Below, in pieces: positions 51,690-64,000 of a DNA stretch of 64,000 nt. The DNA comes from the human T2T-CHM13v2.0 reference genome, Homo sapiens. The translations under genes and the position numbers were made by a program. Location: the NCBI GenBank assembly GCA_009914755.4, contig CP068257.2, forward strand, positions 40,288,001 to 40,352,000. Direction: 5' to 3'. Below the pieces are notes generated by a model. The model was not told where the DNA came from. It made no database searches and saw nothing but the letters and a program-made list of their open reading frames with translations. The number at the start of each line of letters is the position of its first letter. Position 1 is the stretch's first letter.

Positions 51690-52376
51690 GGCAAGAGTCA
51701 AAGCTCAAACAATTGCTTTTACGTGGTGCTGGGTGAAAGAGGAACTCTATTTACACTGTTGGTGGGAGTGTAAATTAGTTCAACCATTGTGGAAGACAGT
51801 GTGACGATTCCTCAAGGATCTAGAACTACAAATACCATTTGACCCAGCGATCCCATTACTGGGTATATATCCAAAGGATTATAAATCATGCTACTATAAA
51901 GACACATGCACACATGTTTATTGCAGCATTATTCCCAATAGCAAAGACTTGGAACCAACCCAAATGCCCATCAATGATAGACTGGATTAAGAAAATGTGG
52001 CACATATACACCATGGAATACTATGCAGCCATAAAAAAGGATGAGTTCATGTCCTTTGCAGGGACATGGATGAAGCTGAAAACTATCACTCTAAGCAAAG
52101 TATCACAAGGACAGAAAACCAAACACCGCATGTTCTCACTCATAGGTGGGAGTTGAACAATGAGAACACATGGACACAGGGCGGGCAACATCACACACCA
52201 GGGCCTGTCAGGGACTGGGCGGCTGGGGAAGGGATAGCACTAGGACAAATACCTAATGTAAATGACAAGTTGATGGGTGCAGCAAACCAACATGGCACAT
52301 GTATACCTATGTAACAACCTGCACGTTGTGCACATGTACCCTAGAACTTAAAGTATCATAATAAAAAAAAAAAGGA
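51690..52376 (+). mobile_element. L1 LINE 3' end (young L1PA-like): end of ORF2 plus 3'UTR with intact poly-A.
   Basis: Near-consensus ...ggtgggagtgtaaattagttcaaccattgtggaagacagtgtgacgattcctcaaggatctagaactacaaataccatttgacccagcgatcccattactgggtatatatccaaagga...ctagaacttaaagtatcataataaaaaaaaaaagg. Confidence 0.9.
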
Positions 52377-54884
52377 AAAAAAAGAAAGAGGAACTCTGAT
52401 GGATGGCAAGTGTGTACTAGCAGCTTCTCACCAGTGATTCTCAACCATGGGACACTCTCAAAGTGTGCTCCCCAAGCCTACTGAGGCGGATGTGGGGGGC
52501 AGGCACGTGTGTCACTAAGCTCTCTGGGCAAGACTCCTGTGATCCCTGCACACCTGGCGTCCACCTGGCCAGCAGGCAGATCAGCAATGGTTTCCTCCAA
52601 AGTCAGTGCAAATCACTGTCACATATAATTTAGACCCCTTTCTGGAGTGAGGGTGGGAATCCGAGGTCCCCTGCAATACGGGGAGTCAGTGCTGCTGCAG
52701 TGGTCATCAGAGAGCAGGAGGACTCCTCCGGTGCTGACCAGTCCTTGGATCCTGGAAGGTGCGAGCCCCACTGTTTGGGATAACACATTAACAACTCTAC
52801 TCTCTGAGCTCTTCTCGCTGGCTCTCATTTAAAGGAAACATTTAGGTCTCCAAGTTGATACTGCATCCCACCAGGGAACAGGCTGCAGCCACCAATGCGC
52901 AGACCTTGGCAAATTCCTCCAGTTCACGGGCCTCAGTCTCCCCTTCTGGAGAAGGGGCTTGGCTAGAAGAGTTTAGGGTTTCTTTCCATCTTAAAATACA
53001 AAGGTGGGGTAAAACTTGGAATGGGAGGAGTTATTGTCTCAATTGGACAGAAAATTCCACTTTTCAGACAGAATGCTGGACATGATTAAGTTATTACCAG
53101 TGTCTTCTCAATCCCTAAGCGACAGGCCAAGAACTGGTCTCCTCCCTGGGTAGGACAGAGTGATATCAGGACAAGGCAGAGGCAGGAGGGGGAGCACTAA
53201 GCTGTAGCTGTCCAGGCGAGAGCGGGCTTGGAGTGTCAGCCCTAATCCGGGATTAGTGGGAATGGAGGTGGGGGAGGGCAGCCACGAATGGACACAGCAG
53301 CCCCTGCTCTCCCACACCGCCATCACTGTCACAACAGCGATGGCCCAGGATGCTGGGATGTGTGTGACAATCGCTGGACTCGGGGCGGCCAGGAATGCAA
53401 ACACCACTACCTGCTCACCCACAATGCCATCACTGACACGGCAGCGACGGCTCAGGATGCCGGGAGGGTGTGTGACCGTCACTCACAGGGAGCCCAGTCA
53501 CCCAGATCCTATCTGCCTGCAAAACCTTCCATTTGAATGCAAATCAAATGACATTCCCAGGCATCAGGGCTGTGTTCCCCCACCCCCGTCCCCAGGAAAG
53601 TAAGCAATACCAAAAACTGACATCACAGAACTAATGGACTATGTCCATGCAAAAATGCCAGAGATGGCCCTGGGTTGCTTTGAGCATGAATCCGGGACAC
53701 TGTTGCCTCTTCCAGGCAGGAGGTCAGGAGAGACAGGTGTCTGAGACTGCAGTGTGTGGCCAACAGCAGAGAGAGAACAGAGAAGGCGCAAACAAGGTGA
53801 GACCCTCTCTCCTCTCCCTGAACGCAACCCCTCCCTGCTCCCACACAAAGACTCAAGTAAAAAGTTTTCATCCAAAACTTTCAAATATTTCTTTCAGTGT
53901 TCTCAGATTGACTTGACCAGCCTAAGACAGATGCCAGGGACATCCTCTTCTCTGCCTCTCAACACTTCAGTCAGATGGGAATATGGAAGGATCATATCCA
54001 AGAGGATCATATTTTCTGAAGCCAATCCATAGATGTCAGGAAACGAACCATCCCAAATATACAGGAGGTAGGGTCACTGCCTCTAAGCCTGAAACTCCAG
54101 AGTTAGAAGCTGAACTTAAAGGTCATTCACCCAACACTTGCCTGCCTCCTACAAAGGACACAGATGAGACTGGTGCCCAATCAAGCCACCAGCCTGGAGG
54201 GGACTCAGCCTCAGAAGCCTTGATTCCAGGTCAGTCAGGGGTCAGTGATGGCAGCTTCCTGGGGAAATACCTGCATTTGCTCCTGGATGTGAGGCCAACA
54301 GGGGTGGAGGGCTCCCACAAGAGACAGCTGGTTTCCCTGAGACACTCTCCAGCTCTGGACAGCTGAGGCACAGATTCTGGGCACCAGGACAAAAGTCAGT
54401 CAACTGACCCTGAAGCCTTTTTCCTCCAAAAAGTACAGTCATTTATGTTCTTTTTCAAGAGTTCAAAACAAGGTCTCTTGATTTGTTGGATGGCTGCTAA
54501 CTGATAGTCAAAGCTTTTTTGTTTTTTAATTCCATGGCCATGTCTTCCAAGGCCATGCACAAGGACCAGGCACAGGGCCCGCCATGGAATATTTTGAAGG
54601 TTGATGGGGCCGGACATTGAAAATGAGCAATTCTGCTATTTCCACAGCGAATGACCACTGAGCTGCACAGGCATGTGCAGGAAACTGTGGCCTGGAAGGG
54701 CGGAGCAGCGGCCAAGACTAGGGGTGCCTCCCCAAACCCACCCAGGCTCCAACTTCTCCTGTGAAATGCCTAAGAATAGTACATGCCAGGAGCTTGTCGT
54801 TATACTAAGATGTCTTAAAAGCAAAAATAAGTCAACGAGTAATCAGCGACTACAGAAACACCCACAGGACTGTGAGGCAGCAGA

Positions 54885-55130
54885 GGTAAGACACGAGGCC
54901 CTTAGCTTGCAGGCCAGGGCAGCTGGATTCACATGCCAGCTCTGCCGCCCACGAGCTGTGTGGCACTGGGCAGGCTGCTTGCCCTCTCCGGGCCTTGGTT
55001 TCCTCATCTGTAAAACAGTGATAACACCCCTGTCCCGGGAGTTGTGAGGATTCAGAGATGGCAGACGCACCGAAAGCCTCGGTAGGATGTCTGCCCAGCG
55101 GCTGGCCCTCAGCAAACGGTCACTATTTTT
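54885..55130 (+). mobile_element. MIR SINE.
   Basis: ...ctgcttgccctctccgggccttggtttcctcatctgtaaaacagtgataacacccctgtcccgggagttgtgaggattcagagatggcag... Confidence 0.75.
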
Positions 55131-55399
55131 ATATGCCAAGAAATGCAAGTCTTTGGAGATAAATTCTTGGTGAAATTCAGCTCTATGAGAGGCGGAAGCA
55201 CATTGGGGTCACAGCTATTCATGTATCATGTGCAAGCTCAGTAAGTGTCCGATCGGGCACGGGAATTCGCCCCGGGACTCCAGGCAAGGCAGGTACTGGC
55301 TGGCGCGGATGAGCACTTCTGACGGTCCCTCCAACTGCCAGCCTGTCCCTCGCGGAGCCCAGGGCCTGGAGCACCTGCCGTTTGGAGAATAAAATCAAT

Positions 55400-56480
<1,081 letters not shown>

Positions 56481-56749
56481 GCTTGGCTTGGCTCGTGTGC
56501 GCGCTTGCACAAGTGCGTGTGTGTGCACATGTGTGAGTGTGCGTGTGCACAGCGCGCAGTCAGGGTGATTTCGAGGACTGCCATTTGCTCGCCAGCGAGA
56601 CAGGATCCAGGCTCAGTCCTCGGAAAGTCCCTGGAAATCCGTGGCTGCCCCTGGAGCCAGGGGCTGGGCCTGCCTTAGGGGGCGTGCTTCTCAGAGGCAA
56701 GGAGGGGCTCAGCACCAGGCCCAGGCCCTGCCTTCTGTGTGGCTGTGTC

Positions 56750-57620
56750 ATTCATTCAGTGTGCGGGTGGGGCGGGGGTGCATGTGGTGTGATGTGTGTG
56801 GCGCATGTGGTGTGATGTGTTGTGGGTGTGGTGTGTGGTGCACAGGATGGTGTGAGTGTGTATGTGTGGTGCATGGGTGTGGTGTGTGTGTAAGCGTGGT
56901 GCATGTGGTGTGGTATGTGTGTTGCGTGCCAGTGTGGTGCATGTGGTGTGTGTGATGTGTAAGCGTGGTGCATGTGGTGTGGTGCGTGTGTGGTGTGTCG
57001 GTGTGGTGCATGGGTGTGTGTACGTGTGATGTGTAAGTGCACAGCATGTGGTGTATGTGTGTGGTGTGTGGTGCACAGGATGGTGCGAGTGTGTATGGTG
57101 GTGCATGGGTGTGTATGTGTGATGTATAAGTGCAGTGTGTGTGGTGTGTGTGTGTGGTGTGTGTGTGTGATGTGTAAGCGTGGTGCATGTGGTGTGGTGC
57201 GTGTGTGGTGTGTCGGTGTGGTGCATGGGTGTGTGTACGTGTGATGTGTAAGTGCACAGCATGTGGTGTGTGTGTGTGGTGCATGTGGTGTGTGTGGTGT
57301 GTATGTGTGATGTGGTGTGGTGTATGTATGTGGTGTGTCAGTGTGGTGCGTGTGTGTGTGGTGCACAGGGTGATGTGAGCGTGTGTGTGTGGCACATGGG
57401 TGTGGTGTGGTGCTGTGTGTATATGTATTGTGTAAGTGCGTTGCATGTGGTGTGGTTTGTGTGTGTGGTGAACACGGTGGTGTGTGTATGTGTGGTACAT
57501 GGATGTGGAGTGTGTGTATGTGTAATGTGTGAGTGCGGTGCATGTGGCGTGGTGTGTGGGTGGTGTGTCAGTGTGGTGCATGTGGTATGGTGTGTGTGTG
57601 TGTGGTGTGGTGTGTGGGAC
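56750..57620. repeat. Complex GT-rich minisatellite (TG/TGG/ATG motifs) with a roughly 215-bp higher-order periodicity, about 4 units.
   Basis: A block of about 100 bp (gatgtgtaagcgtggtgcatgtggtgtggtgcgtgtgtggtgtgtcggtgtggtgcatgggtg...) recurs at about 56954 and about 57168. The plus-strand ORFs at 56972 and 57187 begin with an identical 32-aa stretch. Confidence 0.85.
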
Positions 57621-58064
57621 ATGCCCCTGTGCCCTCCTCTTGCAGAGTGGACGCGGTCCTTAGGGAGTGCCATAGAAACATACTAGCCTGAGATTCTCCG
57701 GGGCCTAAAACAGGCCTAAACCATAAAAAAGTGATTCCCCTGTTATTTTCTGCAGCTGTATTAAGGGGACTTGACCTTGAAAGGAATTAGATAGACTGAG
57801 CATTTGGCCTTCTCTTCCCTAGCCAGGAGTCTGCTGCGGGGCCAGTGGATGGTCCATCAGAGGGGATTCTGGCCCTGAATCCGTGGGCCCGGATTTTCTT
57901 CAGGAAAGAGGAAGGAATGGCACAGCAGCTGGACGGAGAGCCTTTGTGGGGAACAGGATAGGACGCTGTCAGGGAGGTGAAATTAGACGGGGATTGCCCA
58001 GGTGAGCTGGGGATGGACCCTTGCGAGCCAGGTCTGTTATCAGAAAGTGGAAATAAGAATGAGA

Positions 58065-58332
<268 letters not shown>

Positions 58333-58721
58333 TTACACACGAGCGCTCCAGTCTGCCGCAGCCTCTTAAGGGTGGGGGGAACTGCTCTTCTTTTCTTCTA
58401 TTCTGTGTTATTTTAGGCAGAAACAAAAGAAATCCCTTCTTATTTGGCAGAAAAGTCTAATTATGTTCTGACCTGTAGCTAGACCTATGCAGTCAGATAA
58501 TTCGAGTCCTGCTGGTCCCCTTGCCAGAATAACCGGGGTGAGGAATCCGAGGGCCCAGTGTTCCCCATGCCATGTGTGCACACAGGCCGCCTGCGGCTGT
58601 GTGGGCAGTGACGAGAGCCTGTCCTGTGTGACCGGTGGAACCCGTCTCATTCCTTCAGGTCTCAGGTGTGCTGGCCCATCCCACTTACTTATTTAGAGGC
58701 TTGTAACAAACTGTAAACTAA

Positions 58722-59085
<364 letters not shown>

Positions 59086-61009
59086 CCGTTAAGTGTTTTC
59101 AAAGATAATGTCAACATGTAGATATTGGATTACTTACGTGTAGAAGCAAATCGAGGGAAAATAAGGAATGATGCAGGCTTGCAGGACAATGCAGTTGGCC
59201 AAAACACGAAATCGGAACAGAAACATCTTATAAATCTATGAAAAAGAGCAGGCTCCCTTTACACAAGCTCCCAGCCCTACACATCCACCAACTCCCAGTC
59301 CCCTTCTCCCACTGCAGAAGACACTGGAGGGCTGGGTTCTCCCAGAGCACAGGATTCTGCCTCACCCCCAGTGACATTTCCTGCTCCCGGCACCTCTCTC
59401 TCCACCACATCTCCCTTCCACCCAAGGAGTGAGACTGCAGCTCTGCCCGGGGAGGGCTTCTGTCTCCACCAAAACCTTCAAATGGGTCTCTGTCACTCTG
59501 CAGTGGTTGTTTGCTATTTTTAGCTGCTCATAAAGGGAAAGCACTGTGGCTGTGGCCCCTCCTGCATGCTCACCTTGAGCTCCCAGCTCCCAGCTGTTTA
59601 GGTCAAGCTAAGCCCGCTTCCCATCCATCTGCTGGGTCCACCAGAAACCTTGAACCAGGGCTGCCTTCGCTAGCATGGCAGGCCTCCAGGCGGGAAGGAG
59701 GAAGCCAAGTGTCTAAATTCTTCATAATGCTTTACAGTAGCTGGGTTTGAGGCCACAGTCAAGAGCCACTGCTCTATTTTTCACTTTAAAACATTTCTAA
59801 ATGCTGGTGGTGGAGATGAGAATTGTCTGTTGGATGATCTCTGCTGAGTCACCCAGTCTTGGGTGCAGTGCCTCATCCCTGCCTCAAAGCTGTAAGTCTT
59901 TGAACGTCTTCCTCTCCCAAGCCCAGGAGGTTCTGGGATGCTGTGACATTTTTAGAAATTAATAGATATGTCTAGTGTCATGTATGTCATGTATCGCACG
60001 TCTATAAACAGTTATACTTTGTTATACTTTTGGGTTTTAAAAAATTCTTTTAGAAAAATGTGGGACTTTTGTTAAGTTTTCAATGTCATTCTTAAATTTC
60101 TAGAAGCAGGGAAAAGAAGAGCGTCCAAAATGTTTATAGTTTGTCTCTGAGTGAAAAGTTTCCCCTTCACCCTGAAGCAGTTCACATTATTAGTATCGCT
60201 TGAATTATCAAGTTGTGCCCCAATATTGTGAGACCAGCACCTTGGGGGCCCCGGGGAGCTGTGATGGTCACTTCACAGGCCCTACCAGGGACCTCTAGCA
60301 AGTGGAAATACACAGCTTCCCCCCAGCAGCACTTGGGGGCAGACGTTTCGAGAATTCCCTCTTAGCAAAATGCTTTTAGCACTTGGCTCAGTGCCCTCGG
60401 CAGCTGCTGTGGGAAGCGAGATTTCTGGAGACCAGAGAGGCTGTGGAGACATTTGACCCAATCTCCTTGGCTCCATCTCACTGGCTTAGTCATTTCCACC
60501 ACCTGGAGGCTGGAATGTGCTTCGAGTCTATTTCCTGTACTGCTCACAGGGTCAATACCGGAGCCGGCGGACCCAACCAAAGGTCACCCGTGGCCAGAGC
60601 CTGGCCCGGCGCCAGACAGGGCTTTCCCCCCGAAGAGGGGCCGTGAGTTCTTCTAGTAATCATTTGCATGACTTATGGAGATGCTGTTCATGATGCCTTC
60701 CCCAGGAGGAAAGCAGCAATGCTGAGTAACTGCACTAACTCCCCAGGTGAGCCTCAGATGCCGCGTGAACAGTCTCTGAGAGTGAAGACCAGACTGCACG
60801 TCTGCCGTCCCTCCCAGGACCGACTGATGGAAATGGTAGTGCCATCGGCTGAGCCCCTGCCACCCTCTTGCTCCCTCCCGGGTCCCCACAGATGCACCAG
60901 GCACCCTTAGGCACCTTACGGGCGTTCAGAAAGTCATGGCTGTGTGTACCGAGCATTTCCCACCATCAGATACCACCTGGGTACTCAACTTCATGGACTT
61001 GCTTCATTT

Positions 61010-61170
61010 TCACAGCAACACGCAAACGAGAGCATCGCCCCATTTTAAAAATAAGGAAACTGAGTTCAGAGAAGCTCAGTAACTATCCAAGGCCACCCAG
61101 CAAGAAAGTGGCTGAGGCAGGGTTTGACCCCAGGGGCCGTGTTCTCTCCATCTCCTTTCATAAAGGTCAA
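61010..61170 (-). mobile_element. MIR SINE core.
   Basis: ccccattttaaaaataaggaaactgagttcagagaagctcagtaactatccaaggccacccagcaagaaagtggctgaggcagggtttgacccc. Confidence 0.7.
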
Positions 61171-61827
61171 GGCAAACAAATTCTCCAAAAAGAGAAAAAT
61201 GTTAAAAGCTGGAAATAGAGGCCCCATTGCTAACATTCATGTGCAAAGATCTGCCTGAAGAATTGTCTTTTGTGTTCTGAAGTCCAGGAGACATGGCCTC
61301 TCAAACCCAGAGGGGAAGTTCACTCCCGGAGCTTCTGTGAAGTCCCAAGTCCTTTCTGGGAAAGACGAGAGATGAATCCAGCCCTAGCATTTGCCGTGAT
61401 CAGTGTCTCTGCACAGGCGCCCACCTAGGAGAGCCTCCCAGGGTGTCCACCACCCACCCTAACAGTGAACAGCAGATACGCTGCTCCTTCAAATCCCACC
61501 CTGGTGGCGGCTCCTCAGGGACCCTGAGTCACGCCATGATGCTGGGAGGCGGCCGGGCAGCGTCAGAGGCAGGGCCTGCCAGCCTGCTGCAGGCCAGCCA
61601 GGCCTGCCAAGAGTCTGCCCCGGGCAACCCCGATGATGCATCCTGCGAGACTGTGCCCATGCCGGGCAGACGAAGGAATGTGGCCCAGATGGCTGCCCTG
61701 CCTCTGCCAGGTGGCTTGGTTAAGCCTCCCTTGGGAATGCCCAGGAGCAAGGTGACTTGACATTTTTGCCTGTACCCAAGGCTGGGACCAATTTTATGAA
61801 TGAAAATATTTAACTTCGATTCTTTTT

Positions 61828-62200
<373 letters not shown>

Positions 62201-62359
62201 GCCCCCAATTTTTAAATATATTTCCAAGGAGGCCGTTGCATAAATTGTCTATTTTCTCCAACTCCAAAGAATGCTGGTCCCACACCTATGCACTGATAAC
62301 CAAAATCACACTGTTGCAGGAATTGACCTAGAGGAATTGACCTCATGATGTGTTCCTGG

Positions 62360-62660
62360 GCCGGGCCCCTGTAATCCCAGCACTTTGGAAGGAGGCCGAG
62401 GCAGGAGGATAGCTTGAGCTCAGGCATTCAAGACCAGCCTGGGTAACAAAGTGAGACTCCTTCTCTATTAAAAAAATAAAAATAAAAATTAGCCAGGCGT
62501 GGTGGCTTATGCCTGCGGTCCCAGCTACATAGGAGGCTGAGGCAGGAGGATCATTTGAGCCCAAGAGGTTGAGGCTGCAGTAAACCATGTTTGCACCACT
62601 GCACTCCAGCCTGGGCAACAGAGCAAAGACCTTGTCTTGAAAAAAATAAAAAAAGATGTG
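62360..62660 (+). mobile_element. Alu SINE.
   Basis: ctgggccgggcccctgtaatcccagcactttggaaggaggccgaggcaggaggatagcttgagctcaggcattcaagaccagcctgggtaacaaagtgagactcc... Confidence 0.9.
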
Positions 62661-64000
62661 TTCATCATGTAGAAGTTGAGTTTGTAAGGATGTGTCAGGT
62701 GGCAGCAGGAGTCTGGAGAGAGGGTGCACGGAGGAAGAGAGAGATGACTTCGCTGGAGTGAGATGACCCCTCCCCATGCTGAGACTCTCAATGAATGCCA
62801 TGCACAGCCTCCAGCTAGGGGTGGCCACAGCGGGGCCTTGCTCGCCTTGCTCGCTGGGGACAGCCCCTAGGCTGCAGGACTAGAGTTGCTCCTAGCTTCT
62901 CAGAACCTGCGGGATCTGCTTCTGCAGCTCCAGTGATATGGCCGTTCCCAGCACTGACTCTGGAATAACACTTGATCTATAGGCGGCTCCACTAGAAAAG
63001 AGCCAAGCCCCGCAAGTCAGAGGGGTCTCCCCTTACCCAACACAGGACACAGGAAAGCTGCCCTTATTCCCTGCAGGACAAGGCACATTTCTTGTAATTA
63101 GTGCTTTGCCTGTCTTCTGGGCTACAGTTTTCCTTTCTACTATTGTTTTTATTGAGCACAGTGAGTAGAACCAACTAAATATCTGGAGGGATATTTAGTC
63201 TCTTTAAGAGTTAAAGGAAATCCCATTAAAGGGCTTTTAAAAACAATCCAGGAGCATGCATTTATCTACACATAACTAAGTACTAATTACAAATAATTAT
63301 TATATATTCCAGTGGTTACCCCAAATAGTGCAATAAAGACGAAGGGAATAATTTTCCTGCTCCAGGAAATACTCATGCTTCTGTTTGCCTAGTACTTTGT
63401 AAGAAATCCTATAACAAGTAAGAGGCAGGAATTATCACCCCCATCGTGGGAATGAGGGGTGGAAGCTTAGAGACGCTGAGCAACTTGCCAGGGGCAACAA
63501 CAACGTGGTTGGGGTTAGGGTTAAGAGGCGGAGCTAGACCTGGACTCCAGGTGTTTGCTGCGTGATCTCCCATGTTGCACCAAGCAGCGAGTCTATACGA
63601 CACCCCCATGGAATTAGAGAAGAGCAGCTCATTGACACAGATTTATTGCAATGCGTCATTTCCCCCGATTTCGATGGATCATCATCTCCTCTAGCTACTC
63701 AGAGCAGGGAGCTGGGACTGAACTATAGTACGTGAAGTCATTGTGTATATTCTCTTAGTGTGTCATTTCCCCGCGGAGTCACCTTCCAGAAGCTCTGCCA
63801 GCTCCAGCTCATGGGGCCCGAGGGAGGGATGGACCCTGCAGAGTGGGCGGTCACCACTATCGGGGCATCCATGCTGCCTGCCAGTCCAGCCCCTTCCCCA
63901 GCTTGTTCTCCTGTCCAGTCGGCTAAAGGGGCAACGAAGAGGAAGCCAGAGACTCTCAGGAAGGAAGCAGCCCCAGCTCCTCCTCCGGGCTCTCCTTTTG

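Noticed and set aside
56748-57686. Long H/T-rich (minus) and C/V/W-rich (plus) ORFs.
   Set aside because: They are translations of the GT-rich minisatellite. Several share identical N-termini because of the 215-bp repeat period.

Overview
This window is primate, almost certainly human, nuclear genomic DNA; there is no prokaryotic operon or defence system in it. It carries the promoter and 5' two-thirds of the C2CD2 gene (the chr21q22.3 paralog of C2CD2L/TMEM24, an SMP-plus-C2 lipid-transfer protein), transcribed on the minus strand. Exon 1 sits at about 55.6-55.9 kb inside a very GC/CpG-rich island, and ten further coding exons run down to about 1.3 kb. The remaining 3' exons lie beyond the window start. 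I reconstructed 11 coding exons directly from the sequence, and splice phases are mutually consistent across the chain from the exon at 21097-21201 through to 1277-1571. One expected exon between 44337 and 21201 could not be placed. The rest is intron and flank: about 34 Alu SINEs, several L1 fragments (including a nested L1 < unknown repeat < two Alus insertion and a young L1 3' end with poly-A), MaLR LTRs, MIRs, a pair of LTR-like repeats, microsatellites, a 21-bp minisatellite, and a roughly 0.9-kb GT-rich higher-order minisatellite immediately upstream of the CpG island. Most long ORFs in the six-frame track are artefacts: Alu read-throughs, GC-rich open frames, or repeat translations. No CRISPR array, tRNA or rRNA gene was recognisable. 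Repeat boundaries are approximate (about +/-15 bp).
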